64,000 nucleotides of DNA from Perna viridis. Its lineage: Eukaryota. The DNA lies in assembly GCA_037379345.1 (NCBI GenBank), contig CM074514.1:26908001-26972000 (forward strand), given 5' to 3'. The position numbers were made by a program, and so were the translations under genes. Shown in pieces: positions 51,701 to 64,000 of this stretch (position 1 is its first letter; the number at the start of each line of letters is the position of its first letter). The notes under the pieces are model-generated. The model did no database searches and was not told where the DNA came from. It saw only the letters and a list, made by a program, of their open reading frames with translations.

Positions 51701-54700
51701 TTTTCAAATAAAAGTATTTTATTTATTTATTTAAATATATATTTACATACTAGATAAGTGGGGATAGTGAATGACTGACCACATTTAATTTTGATTTGTT
51801 TTTTTCATCTACCACTAACAGGAAAATAAAAGTGTGTAAAAGCAACTAAAATGTATTTACTGAATCTAAAAAAATAATGATTTTTTTTTATGAATCGTTT
51901 AAAACTATCACATTTTCTCAACCATTACAGGAATATCCTGTTCAGTACAGTATAGTACTGTATTTATAGTCTTCATCAGTACACTGAGCCTGACAATGTA
52001 CAGTGTACAATATATTTCTTACTTTGACTTGTCCAAAAGCTATGGTAATTGCAGCTGCTGAAGTGAAGGCATTGATGACAGGGTAGGAAATAAAATTCAC
52101 CAGGATCCCTGTAACAATATGAAATAAAACAGAATCATTCAGAGTTCCAATATTTGTTTAAGACAAAACAGGTTTAATAGTGTAATTCATTTTCAAAGAT
52201 GATCACTAAAATACTGATTGTTAAATTTTAAATGTGAAAAGATAATTTCCACATACTATAGTGGATGTAAAAAAGGATTAAGGCACTAACTCAAGAAATA
52301 CATTTGTATAAAGATAGCGATACATTTAAAAACAGCCTTTTTTTCAATTTAGCTCTTTTTTTTTCACTTAAAGCCTTGTCTTATCCAGGTTTTCCATTAT
52401 TTCATGCTGCCACATTTGACCTTTGAGATAATTTTCTCAAGGACATTTGTATCAATCTCTAATTATCTACTGCACATACAATACCTAAATCATACATGTA
52501 TGTATGTTCAAGAAAACTTTTAGTTGCCTACATTCTGCCAATGCACATATACTTTACTCACAAAATATTAATAGAATACTAATATATGACTATACCTAAA
52601 TTTAGTATTCCCATAGCTAACTGTACAACTCCAGTCATTAAACATAGAACAATTGCGTAAGTGGCATCATCTTTGATTGGCGACATGGCAAATGTGGCAG
52701 TCATCAGTGACATGATAGCTGTAGGTCCCAGCGTGATATCTTTACAGGTCCCCAGGAATGTGTAGATGAAACAACCCATGAAGGCTGAGTACAAACCATA
52801 CTGTGAAAAAAAAAAGAATAAGATTCTAGAAATGTAGTTAATTTCCAAATTGTCTTAAGTTTTCAGTAATTTCCATGTATATATAATTTATTATATTTCA
52901 TCTTCATCTAAAGTTTGAATAGCTTTGGTATTCTTATGTAAACAAAAGTAGCATCAATTCTCATAAGGATCTTTTAATTTACTAAATCATTTGTGCAAAA
53001 TGCTTCTTTTAAAGGGTCTAAATAAAAGCAAAATAATATTAATGGAGTCTGGGTTGCCCATTTAGCTTTCTGTTTGTTTTCTTTTAGTTTATATATGTAG
53101 TTTGTAGATTATTTCTGTTCTTTCTCTACTTTGTCTTTGCCTATTGTACACAGGCAAAACATTTCCACATGATTTTCATCTGAATTGAGCAATTTATTTT
53201 TGTGAAAGAGTTCATTAGAAACTCATGTGAATTGGTCTTTACATGAATTTCTAGTGAGATACTGTAAATGTATTATTTTTTGCTGATTCTGTTGAGTGAG
53301 CATATTCCTGGGTATCAATTTTCGCAGATTAAAAAAATGATTAGTGTTATTCACTGTTAAAAATCGATTTCACCTCTACAACTTCTAACACTTTTCTGTC
53401 AACTGTGAAAGTAGCAAAAATTGGCACACTATGAAAATTAGTACTTTAACATTATTCAGATATTAACCTAATAAGTAAATTGTGCATGAATATCATGTAA
53501 ATTTCATGCAAAATTCATGTGGATTTCATGTGAACTAATTTTGCCCCCATATTGCACTCAGACTTGATTTGAAATGAAAGGGTTTGGTTTAAATAGACAA
53601 AAATATTTGTACTGATGTAAAGCAACACAATCTTAATCAATTGTTCACTGTTGAAAGTTGAATTCCATCAAATTGAAGTCTGTAATAATTTATCTATGAT
53701 AATTAATCTTTTCAGTTTGCACTTAACTGAAAAAGTGCGTACAATATTTTTTTTTTTGGCACATTTCTTCCAAGAAAGCCCTCCAGCATGTTTTAGTTTA
53801 TAAAAATAACTATAATCATTTTTTGTCTTTTGGCTCATGGAAGTGCAAGTAAACAGAAGACATATATTAAACATCATTAATAACAACAAAGGTCATTGCC
53901 AGTAGGCAAGTCAGGGCAAATATTCATATATAACATGCCATAGGAAAGAGCCCAGCAAGAACAGAAAAGGTCCTACTCTATGTAACTCACAAGAAGAAAG
54001 ACAGGAGAGAGGACAAAACTACCTCCCAGACTCAATGTAATATTCTCTAAGACAGAGACCAGCAAATATGGTACATAAGACCCTGTTTAACTTACCTGAG
54101 GAGGGAGGCCTGCTAGGACAGAATAGGCCAAACCCTGAGGTATTACTGTCATGCCTACTGTTAGACCTGCTATGAAGTCTGCCGTAAGGTCTTTTACACT
54201 GAAAAATTTAATTCAGTCAATAAATTGGTGACCTAAAAATACTTAGTAAAGATAACTCACTTTTTAAAACTTTTTTATTAGTCATTTATTTCTTAGAATT
54301 TTCAATGACAACAGACATATTTAACAGTTTCGATGTCATGAATGTCGTAATTCACTAATAGTACTCTTTGTTATATTACCAACAAAAACATTTCAATGAT
54401 AATCTTAAGTCGTTATAACACTCCAGTTGATAATTTTTCTCTGATAATCTACAGCACTTAAAACACTTATAACAAACAGATAGCATCATTGCTACTATTA
54501 CACTGATCGTTACAGTTATCTAAAATGCATAAAAATTTCCATTGACAAAAAGACAACAAGCTTTGTAGATAAAACATATTTGTAAACAAAAATGACCCTG
54601 AGACCAAGGTAACATGCATCAAAAGCATGTTACTGCAGCAAAAGCATTTTATTTACCAACCTCATAGAATTGAAGGCATGAGGTCTTCATGTACTTTGAC

Positions 54701-57700
54701 ATTGTATAGGTGATAATTTAGGTCGAAGTTTACTTTTTAAAGATAAAACTAAATTGGGTTAACAAAAAATAAGTTTAAAGACAGATGCTTTATATGGTAT
54801 TTTCCCATCCATCCAATTTTTTTTTTCATATCAATAGTGACTATGTGACTATTTTAATTATACATGATTTATATTGAGAATTTTTCTACATTGTTTATAA
54901 TTAAGTGTCAGTCTCTGAAAGAATCAGGCAGAGGGTGAAACATGGTATGAAAAAAAACCATCATTTTGAAAGTGTAATTTGAATATTTGCACCATCAAGG
55001 AAAACAGACAAGATTTTCCATATCATGCTGGACCATTGAGTTACAATATCATTGAAATGCAATGAAAATGAACAGATCAAGGGCATATTACTCTGTCAAA
55101 AACACCTCATTTTTATAACATTCTATTGAAAAATATCTAAGCAAAGCCAGTGATGTAGAGGTCAAATAATGGTCTATTCAAATAGAGAAAGCATCCTTCA
55201 GTGATATTACATTGCCAGATCTGTGGTGTTTTGACATGCATGTTTCTGATTTTTCCCATTTTGCCTGATTCTTACAAACACTGACTTAATAGCAGACTAA
55301 GGTATGCAAATCTTAACTTGTGTCTTTTCTTGTGCTTATGATAGATGATCCTCATGAAACCATTCTGGATTTAATATTTGGATCTCTGAAAGTTAAATTT
55401 CTTTCCTGATCCACAAAGTTATCAGCAAAAAAAAAAAACCATGAAAATCGTTAGTTTCAAATCACTAAGACGTGAAAGTAGTTATCATACAGCGACCACC
55501 TTACAAACAAAGATATTATAATAAAATCCACCATTCTTATGTTTCTACTACTATTAATCCCAATATGGCTGGAATTGAACCCCAGGTAGACATAATTGAA
55601 TGGCAACATAAATTCCTATGAATGACCTTCAAAATGGACCATGTGTTGGAAAGTTTGACTGCTATTAGGGCCACAAAAGGCTCCATGGCCTAATTTAACC
55701 TTTTTAACAGGGCTTAACAAAACTGACCATTCAAAAATGTCAAGTGGACATTTGCTGACTTGATCATGTGATCGACCTAGTTTTTGGGGGTAAGCAGACA
55801 GACATACAAAACAAACAGTGTCTTATCTACAGAATAAGAAAGACCACTGTCCATTCCAGAATCTCTAGAAATTGGAATTCAAATTATTGGTTTTTGGATA
55901 AATTTTCAAGGTTTTATGAATATAAGAATTAATAAGAGTAGAAAAGGTCAAGGCATTTTACTGACCCATAATTATAGTAAACTTCAAGGAAATAAGTGAC
56001 TTTCATAAGCAATTCAAAATTTGTAATGCTTTGATAATGGATGGTTTCCTTGTCCTTTGTGTTCCTAATTCAGCATAAAAAAATGGTAGTACAATGATTA
56101 GAATATGTCATGACAAACATTTATGCATTTGGCTTTCCATAGTACTGTAAAAAACCTAAGTGATTGTGATCATTTCCTAGTAGGTCTTTAGAATTTTGAT
56201 GCCTCAAGCTTAAATTAGATCATTTTCTTCTCCTTTTTCTTCTCAAATGAAATCTGGAAATATAGTGTACTGGCTAGCACCAGAAAAAAGGTCAAGGACC
56301 TAATCAGAAATCCAGTGACCTCCTATAACTAGTTCTCCTGCACTATCAAAAGAAATACTTTGAGGACATTAGGGACTTGTTTTTGATTCACTTAGGAAAT
56401 TTTTAATACAAATGTATTACAAAGCCTGCATACATTTAAATTCAAAAGATGAGCAAAAAATTGTTGATCTTATTAGAATTGCCCAGTTTTGAAACACACA
56501 TCTCGCCATCCTGTTCACAAGTGACCTATTTTTTTTAACTGTGACATCAAAACACTTCACAGATTTTTGTGACATAATCTCTTCAATAAGTTTATTTTAT
56601 CTCAAAATGTATTTGCCTTGACACCTTAGATACAAAAGTTGCCCAAAAACTTGTAAATAATATTCTTTTATAGACATTCGTCTCCAGATACAAAACTATT
56701 GGAGCTCATTTATATAAAAATTCAGTACAAAACCAAAAAAAATAATGACCGCTTTCAGTCTACACCTTGACCAATATATATTTTATAACAGTTTTAAACA
56801 AATAAAAGATCTTTGTATCGTCTGTTGCTGTTCATTAATCATGAAAACTTAGAGCTCAGGAACTTGATCCCTACCTCTCATTTTACTGGTTTCAGAAATT
56901 ATTCAAAAATACATGTACAAACATGTAATGCCATAATTTTTTTTAAAATGGATCCAAATTTGATATTACTCCAATGAAAGTAAAAACTGATTAGAATGGA
57001 GAACTATGAGCAAAAGTTGAATATTGCAAAATATCAACTAAAGTTATTTAATTTCAATATCATAACAAACGAGCCTTGGTAAGTTCGTTATAAAGTTAAA
57101 TAACGCGAGTTGAAATTTTGCAATATTCAACTTTCACAAGTTGTAAAACTTTTTTCCATGATTCCTTTGGAATATTTTGGCCAATTGACATTTGGCATCT
57201 ATCGTGGCAAAATTTAGAAAAAAAAATTCTAGTGATCGTCCATTTATGACAACACCAATGGTGTTGAAAGAATAAGTTAAAAATGTCACAACATCACTTT
57301 TGACCAATCAGGTTTTATAGAAAATGATACACAAACACACAACAATGTCTATTTTTCATATCACTAGTTCGTATCACATCTTCCATGGTGTGATGTCGCA
57401 AATATCTAATTGTCTTAGAAATAGATAAAATGACCAAATGGTAGAGAACTGGATATTCATAATCAAGAGACAAAGACCAAGGAAGCAGACAAGCACCATA
57501 AATAATGATATAATCATTTAAAAAGAATACACAAAGAAACAAATGAATAAATGAACAAACTGGAGTGTGGACCAAGCATCTTCAGCTTTTCTATAAACAC
57601 CCACTGAGTTGCTCATATGTCAAATATCAATGAAAGAGGGAAACTATGACATTGTAACAAAATTCAAAACATAATTCATACTTTTCTTTAGATTGATCGT

Positions 57701-59190
57701 AATTCAATTAAGAAAATCAAAATTTCACTAACTTTCATTAACCCAGGCTACCTCTTATCAATTTGTAAAATTTTTGACATACTGTTGTATGTAAATACAT
57801 GCATTAAAATGTGTTTATCAAAGATTATTTTTGTGCCCCTCTGCCCCACCCCCTTTATATAAATCTCTGGATCTATCACTCATTTCACACAAATTTTAAA
57901 ATATTATCACTTGAACAGAGCAAATAAATTTTGTGAGGGAGTTCACGTTAATCATGAGAATGCTCAATTCATATGAATTTTGTTAATTTTTTAAATGAAA
58001 ATAATGTCTTAAGTGAATTTCACATGAAACTCAAATGAATGATCAGAGATATTCACGTGAATGTTTTGCCTATATGCTAGTACAAAAATCAGGTAAGACA
58101 GAGAGGAGATTTAAATCCAGGTTATATGTAGAAAGAATGTTTTTTTATTATTTTCTAACTAAGAACTTTCAGTGATAAAAGTTTCAAATTCAAATCTAAA
58201 ATAATAAAAAATTTTGTAAAGTTGAAAAAAACATTTAGAATAACATTTTTTTTACAATTTCAATAGTATGGCTTGTATTGCGTCTGATGAGATGATCTTA
58301 GCTTGGTGACAATCTATTACAATATGGTTATATATTTAAGGGAAACTTTCTTTTGTAACCACTACCATTTCCTTGTCTCTGTTCATAACTAAAGAGTTAC
58401 TATTTCAATGGAAACTATCTTTCATGGATTTAACCATTTAACCACATAAACCACAAAAATCTGGTAAATCATAATGTCATTCATTCAAAGTTGTATTCTT
58501 TACCATGTGCTGAGATTCACATTAAACTAGTATTCCTTATCATGGTGTATGCACAGGTCATGTAGTATTATCTATATCAATGCAAAGGGCTATTGAACTT
58601 GACATTGTTTTACATGAAATTGTACCACAAATTTGTTAAATACTAAAATAAAAATGCAAAAGTATGTATGCTTCTTGGTGTGTGCATGTTATATTAATAC
58701 ATTGTAGCATTAAAGAACAATTATAGATAAAAAAGAAAATTTTCAAGTTTTTAGAAGAAAAGTCAAATACAACTCAATGTCCTTTAAAGTGACATGTTTT
58801 TTTTTCTTTTTTTTCTGTCATATTTCAAAATGTACACTTTTATATTTCATATGTTTCTAAATTTGTGACAAAGAATCATCTTTTCCAGCTTCTGTTGTAT
58901 AATTCATTGTAAACCAAAAAATCAAAAAGGCTGTTTGAAAAAAATTTCTGAAAAAAAAATCAAGAGAAAAAAAATATAAAATATTGTTCTTACCTGTATT
59001 TGGTAATCCATTTCGTTATGGGGAATCTAGTTTTCCATGCATCTACAGTACATGCATTGCTAGCGTACTGTCGCACAACTTTTTTCACTTGCACCATTTT
59101 TCTTTGACAAAGACTGTCTTGAGATTGTATAGAAACACCTCGATCTCCCAAAAGTGGAGTTGATTCTGTATCTTCTGAACTGAAACTCAT
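43946..59190 (-). CDS. SLC26A11: SLC26A11-like sodium-independent sulfate/anion transporter, 647 aa, 19 coding exons: 59190-58994, 54198-54096, 52800-52596, 52108-52023, 51368-51289, 50795-50741, 50316-50223, 49855-49680, 49236-49164, 48931-48881, 48448-48388, 47917-47862, 47504-47364, 46936-46878, 46614-46543, 45732-45621, 45176-45103, 44675-44522, 44040-43946
   Basis: Spliced translation has RFPITKW, DFIAGLTVGMTVIPQGLAYSVLAGLPPQYGLYSAFMGCFIYTFLGTCKDITLGPTAIMSL, NFISYPVINAFTSAAAITI, PLLGLVELIAIAKAF, QELIAIG, SYPVTGSFSRTAVNSQSGVRTP, YIPKSALAAVII and STAS LDCSHISDIDYSSIQ. All introns are GT-AG and the phases sum to 1944 nt. Confidence 0.96.
44330..44503. repeat. Tandem repeat, ~3 x 55-60 bp, in an SLC26A11 intron
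   Basis: ATATGGCACTATTAATTT...GAGTTGGGACATCAGTGTGA repeated. Confidence 0.85.
46105..46469. mobile_element. TA-flanked MITE with GATC-rich subterminal repeats
   Basis: TA|CGGTAACTGAACCGATC ... GATCGGTTCAAGGACTG|TA. Confidence 0.75.
46543..49236 (-). CDS. SLC26A11: SLC26A11 exons 9-15 (TM8-TM14)
   Basis: GIGAGFIIVPLLGLVELIAIAKAF; QELIAIG; SYPVTGSFSR; TAVNSQSGVRTP; YIPKSALAAVII; LDLMVLVVTF; YGIMIGVGISLIILLYPMARP. Confidence 0.94.
48090..48321. mobile_element. Internally deleted copy of the 268-671 MITE family
   Basis: ~200 bp highly similar to 268-470, then jumps to the right terminus CTTAGCTGGAGTGCTACTTAA. Confidence 0.85.
49513..49640. mobile_element. Palindromic Harbinger/Tourist-like MITE
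   Basis: CAG duplication flanking GTGTCGATTTCACAAAAAG...CTTTTTGTGAAATCGATGC; nearly the whole element is an inverted repeat. Confidence 0.8.
49680..51368 (-). CDS. SLC26A11: SLC26A11 exons 5-8 (51368-51289, 50795-50741, 50316-50223, 49855-49680)
   Basis: NILGLKDIPREFLH...; VWDLIMGLVSLVVLILMK; KMRTIDW...WLIGT; ANAIVVIV...GLPPVRLP...EVFT. Confidence 0.92.
52023..52108 (-). CDS. SLC26A11: SLC26A11 exon 4
   Basis: GILVNFISYPVINAFTSAAAITIAFGQVK. Confidence 0.95.
52596..52800 (-). CDS. SLC26A11: SLC26A11 exon 3 (sulfate transporter signature)
   Basis: YGLYSAFMGCFIYTFLGTCKDITLGPTAIMSLM...GILNL. Confidence 0.96.
54096..54198 (-). CDS. SLC26A11: SLC26A11 exon 2 (TM1)
   Basis: VKDLTADFIAGLTVGMTVIPQGLAYSVLAGLPPQ. 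Confidence 0.96.
54901..55289. mobile_element. TTAA-flanked MITE related to the 268-671 family
   Basis: TTAAGTGTCAGTCTCTGAAAGAATCAGGCA ... TGCCTGATTCTTACAAACACTGACTTAA. Confidence 0.65.
57013..57134. mobile_element. Palindromic repeat core (foldback/MITE-like)
   Basis: AAAGTTGAATATTGCAAAAT ... ATTTTGCAATATTCAACTTT, 20-bp perfect inverted repeat with further internal pairing. Confidence 0.7.
58994..59190 (-). CDS. SLC26A11: SLC26A11 coding exon 1 (acceptor at 59210)
   Basis: MSFSSEDTESTPLLGDRG...RFPITKWITKY; donor AG|gtaaga. Confidence 0.93.
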
Positions 59191-62100
59191 GGTTTTTGAT
59201 TTTCTTCATCCTATTTTATAGTAAGAAAAAAGGTCAGAGTTCATATGAATAAATTTTAATGTTAAATGTAAACAATCATGTTTATCAGTATTTCTGGTGC
59301 TTCGAGGTGTCTCTTTAAGGAGGGACCACGTTTACATATTTGTCAACAGGGGACCTCTCCTTATCTTATTTATAGTTAGATTTAGAAATTTAAATTTTAC
59401 TAATTGTGCAAAATATTTTAAATTTCTACAATAGTTTTAATATCCAATATTTAAATTCAATTGTGACACTCATCCAATGGCAAGAAATCCATGTTTTAAA
59501 TCCACTAGTTCATCTACCTGGCAAATCACTTTACCTTTAAGAGCATAGAAAAATGACATCTTTATCAAAACATTTAACATGTAATTTGCATGTTATTAAA
59601 CATGCATTTTATCTGGAAGCTAATTGTACAAAAATCTTCATCAAAAAATTTAATTTGTAAATGCATGAAATCTTATTTCATTTTATAATTTATTTATTTT
59701 GCATGATTTAATATTTATATTTTCATAAAGTTGATCATTTTTTGTTGAAAAGAATTCTCCTTAGGCCTGAAAAGTGTGCTGTACTATGTACATAAAACTG
59801 TTATCCAAAAAACTATCTAAAATAATATTTTAATACGAACCACATGCACTATATTATTTTGCTTAAAGGTTTTATTTGAGTGCAATTGCAAAGGAGAAAC
59901 CCAGAATGAAGGTCAGAGTTTTGATACACGCTAACAGACTTTAATAGTGAATAATAATGGTATGAGATGTTGTCATTGCCCTTTTTTGGATCCATTTCCA
60001 TGGTCTGTCCTTGTGTGAAGAAGTGAACCTATATATGTAGTTACTTATTAAAAGTATGGGTTTTCTTTTTTTTTTATTCATTTTTTTCATGACAAAAAGG
60101 TACATCTGTTGGTGAAGATATACATGGAAAGTATAGTTTTTAATTCATAATTACCAGTTTAAGATGATTTACCCTTACAATAGGTACAGATCTAGATATT
60201 TTGGAAAAAAGGGTCTAGAAAAAAAGGGGGTCCAGCCTATTATTTGTTAACTTTAGCACATAAAGACAGGAAATCAACTAAATTTTCCAACCGAAAAAAG
60301 AGGGGGTTCCAACTGCCTTAACCCTCCAATGCCCTAGATCTTGGAAAAATTATAAAGCCAAGCTTTCAAGCTGATTTTTCACATCTACGTGTTAGCATAG
60401 AATATGACCTAATGTACCAGCAAAGTTTTCAGGAAGATCCACAAAGCCCTTATGCATTCTCTAAAACTCTTTTCCAGAATTAGGATTTTATCAATTTATA
60501 TACCAGGTAGTTCAATTTCACAAAGCAAAAAAAAAAATTTTTTTCAGGGGGTTTGGCTTTATTCAGCATATTTTTTTTCTTGTTTTGTATGTACCTAGTA
60601 CTTCTTATCTGGGTAGTTAATGGTTTCAATATTTAAATTCATAACTAAGGGTAGACTTGCTATAAGACCCTCTTTATTATATAAGACACAAAAAATCTAC
60701 ATAATTAACCCCTCTCTGATAATGCTTCTGCTAACTGCTGTGAAAGAGTAGATTTGCTATCAGAGAGATACATGTAATCAATAAACTTTTTTTCATTTAT
60801 TATACTTTAAGAGAGGGATATGTAGCAAATCTAAATTCAGGACAATAATAACCTGCTTTTCAAAATACTTTAATTTTTTTGTGGTGAAGGCACTTGTTTC
60901 TGTTAATTACATATTCCATGTACCAGTACATCATGGAACACAGTGCAAGTAATTTTTACTGAATCATTGTGCATCCCTAATGTACTTTTTTCTATGTGCT
61001 TAAGGCATGCTGACCCAGATATTGACTTAAGGATAGGTAATTATGACAAATAAAAACAGTATTAATATTAATCTACTGGTCATTTTTATTATTATTTTGC
61101 TTGTATATTTACGCATTAAGTTTCAATTAATTGAAATTTACTACGTCAAAAATGTCTAATTTTTCACAAATAATGTAAAAACTTAGTAAGCATACAAACA
61201 TGTTATTATGAAGTTTGATGTTTCCCATGTGTAATGTCGACATAACACAATATGATACCCCCTTTTGTTCTCAAATTTACTGTTTTACATTCAAAAACAA
61301 GACATTCGAGCCATTAGGAAAAAAACGACAAGGAAAAACCAAAAAGGTCAAAAAGGTCAAAATATCATTTAAACTTGTTTCCTCTTTTAAATGAAATTTA
61401 AGTCATAACCATCATTTATGTAAACATGAAGTTCATATGTTAGAAGGAGTATTATTCGAGATCTATCTTCAGCTTTTACTGCAATTTCTGTTGCCAGTTT
61501 AATCCAGAACTTTCCAGAACCTTCCTTTGTTGAAATGAAATACAAAACTGATATATAAGTTGAAGCTATCTATTTTCTACAGTTAAATGCAACTTTGTGC
61601 ACATTTTTATACCACATGGTAGACATCTATATATAACAGGTCTAGGGTATTGTGGCCTTCTACAGTTAACAATACCAAGTAATAGGTTGAATCAGTAATA
61701 GCATTTTTAAAAGTTGTGCAGTTCTAAAATGATACACTTAAGTCATATATAGAATTAGCACAAAAGACTGAGAATATAATTAAAATAGTAAAACTTCATA
61801 ATGTTAATTTACAGCCTCCGTGATGACTAGCATGCCTACATCAAGTGTCATAATCTATGGATTTGATCCCCAGTCAATTCAACAAATGTGGACCGAAAAT
61901 ATTCACAGAATGAAATCTTATACAACAAAATTGAGCAATATATGAAAAGGTTCATGGAAATTGATGCCATAGAGAGAATCTAGTAGAAACACTATGAGCT
62001 TTTCAAACATTTATGCCTTATCACTTCAAACTTTTAACCTTTAGCTGAGGTCAGCAATGAAATAACCCTAGAAAAATCTGTATGAAGTTTAATGGTATCA

Positions 62101-64000
62101 TAAAGATTCACTAAAATTCATTTAATAACTTAACTGAACATAAGATATGAGAAAGAAGAATGAACAGACAGACAGACCCACAAATCACACATATACCCTC
62201 TAGCTTCATGCAGCAGAGTGAATAATCTTCCCTATTTAACAGTATTTTCACTTTATTCTGTAAAAGTTTTTAATTTTTTAACAAAGCAGTTTTCGTTTCC
62301 TTAAAGTTTTTGCATTTTATTTTTCAAGTTAGCATGATATGAAAAAACAATTTTCCTGCATAATTATTACAGTTTCGTGTCACTGAATAAAACTCTGAAC
62401 TGGAAGATGTACATTTAAGAATGAACTGACTGAATAACTTGATATCTAGACCATTTTATTATAACATGTAGTTACCTTGGTAACCTACATAATATTTCTG
62501 TAAGATAATTGTCACTGTATTTAACCATTCCAAGGCATACTACAATTAAAACATGCCTACTGAAATGTGTATTTCAATGTCAATATCTAGCACATAATAC
62601 ATTCTACCTTTTGCTACTAAATAAATGAATAAGTTTGAATCAATTGTTTTCTTTTTAAATTATGAAACAATTAAACAGAATGCTGGTTCTTTTAATGGTT
62701 CTTAATATGACATGACAATGAAATCTGATTAAGCAGATTATACCTACAATTCATTAAGTAATATGGCCTTTGGTAAGTATAATTCAGCACCAAGTACCTT
62801 ACATCTGCTCTATACCATGTCTGACCTTACACAGAAGGAGATAACTCTCTAATACTACTAGTATCTGAAATTGAAAAGAAAGATTATCTATAAGCCATAT
62901 TATAATATAATTTTAGATGCAAAGGGATATTGGCTATTTCAAAGGGTTTGTATGTCTGCAACACTCAGCACTAAAATCTGTCTTGTATGCTAATTAGCAC
63001 ATTAAACAGCTTCATAGATTTAAAATATGCAACATGCTTTAAGTTTGCCCTGTGGATTTTTCATATTCTCCCTAAGCTTGCCAAGTACACCAGGAAGCAG
63101 TTATAAGTTTGCTGAGGAGATTAAGAAATCCTATTATTTGTTGGTTGTTTTATCTTTGAAATTTGAACCTTTCTCCAGTGATTCATGTTGCAAGCTAACA
63201 AATAAAATAAAAAGGAGAGACACATAATTTAAACACATATGTAAGTGATCTAATGAGACATATGTTTTGTTCTGAATATTGTACCATAATGTTAAAATCT
63301 AGTAGTTAGTGTGTTCTACTTTTTGCTCCTAAATTTAGGAAAAAATTCTTTCTTCCAGCTAAATCATGTGATAAGATTGAAAACGTTAATTTTTATATTT
63401 TATCCAAGGAATGTTTCAAATAGAGTAAACTTTTCAGACTTAATCTACGTAATTTTGAAGAAGAAATCTACATTGATTTTCATTCAAACTTTCCAACTTT
63501 ATTTTATTTTATTATATAGATAGCAGTGTTTTATCGAATGTTCCCAGTGAAATAAATTTCGATAATTCACACTGTGAAATAAATTCAGTAATTTCACTCT
63601 CGGACTTTCTTCCGCCAAAACATCACAACTTTGAAATCAATCTGCCATTCACAAAATTTGAAATTTATGTTGAAAATAGCAACAAATAATCGAGGAAATC
63701 TATATAATAAATAGGATAATCAATTGGTTATCATGAATAACCAAAATATGATCACTCATGCCAAGAACACAGTAAGATTTAACTCATTTGCGGAACAAGT
63801 TCCGCACACTCGTTAAATCTATGCGTTCTTCGGCACTCGTTATTCACTCCTTCCTATTATTATTTGATTTTATTCATTTCTTTTATCATTATATTTCATG
63901 GGATTTCCTATTTTTTTAATTTAATTCTTTTTTTTTCTTTTTTAAGGTGTTAAAGGAGGGGGCTGAATATGAAAAAGGTACAATATATAAAAGTACAAGA

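Noticed and set aside
62798-62864. Possible SLC26A11 5'UTR exon on the minus strand (tttcag|...AAG|gtactt)
   Set aside because: Splice sites are plausible, but a non-coding exon cannot be validated without transcripts.

Overview
AT-rich, intron-rich animal genomic DNA, not prokaryotic. The repeat landscape (TA/TTAA MITEs, Helentron/HINE-like elements) suggests a bivalve mollusc; this is an inference. Three spliced protein-coding genes could be reconstructed by hand from splice sites and reading-frame phase. (1) Folliculin (FLCN), minus strand: 5' part only, 5 coding exons at 5243..1247, continuing off the left edge. (2) Centriolar CP110 (CCP110), plus strand: up to 14 coding exons at 20802..38238, ~1524 aa, including a 3.1-kb exon. 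Its probable non-coding first exon near 7790-7951 lies head-to-head with FLCN. (3) SLC26A11-type sulfate/anion transporter, minus strand: 19 coding exons at 59190..43946, 647 aa, convergent with CP110. The most notable signals cluster in CP110: a textbook U12 (minor spliceosome) intron containing a long hairpin element, an 8-mer miR-34 site in the 3'UTR, a 12 x 51-bp tandem array in the last intron where every unit carries a miR-34 seed match, a symmetric 63-nt exon encoding an SxLP (EB-binding-type) motif, and two apparently duplicated phase-2 micro-exons. Introns carry many MITEs, a nested HINE cluster and minisatellites. Most short ORFs in the supplied track are spurious or are exon fragments.
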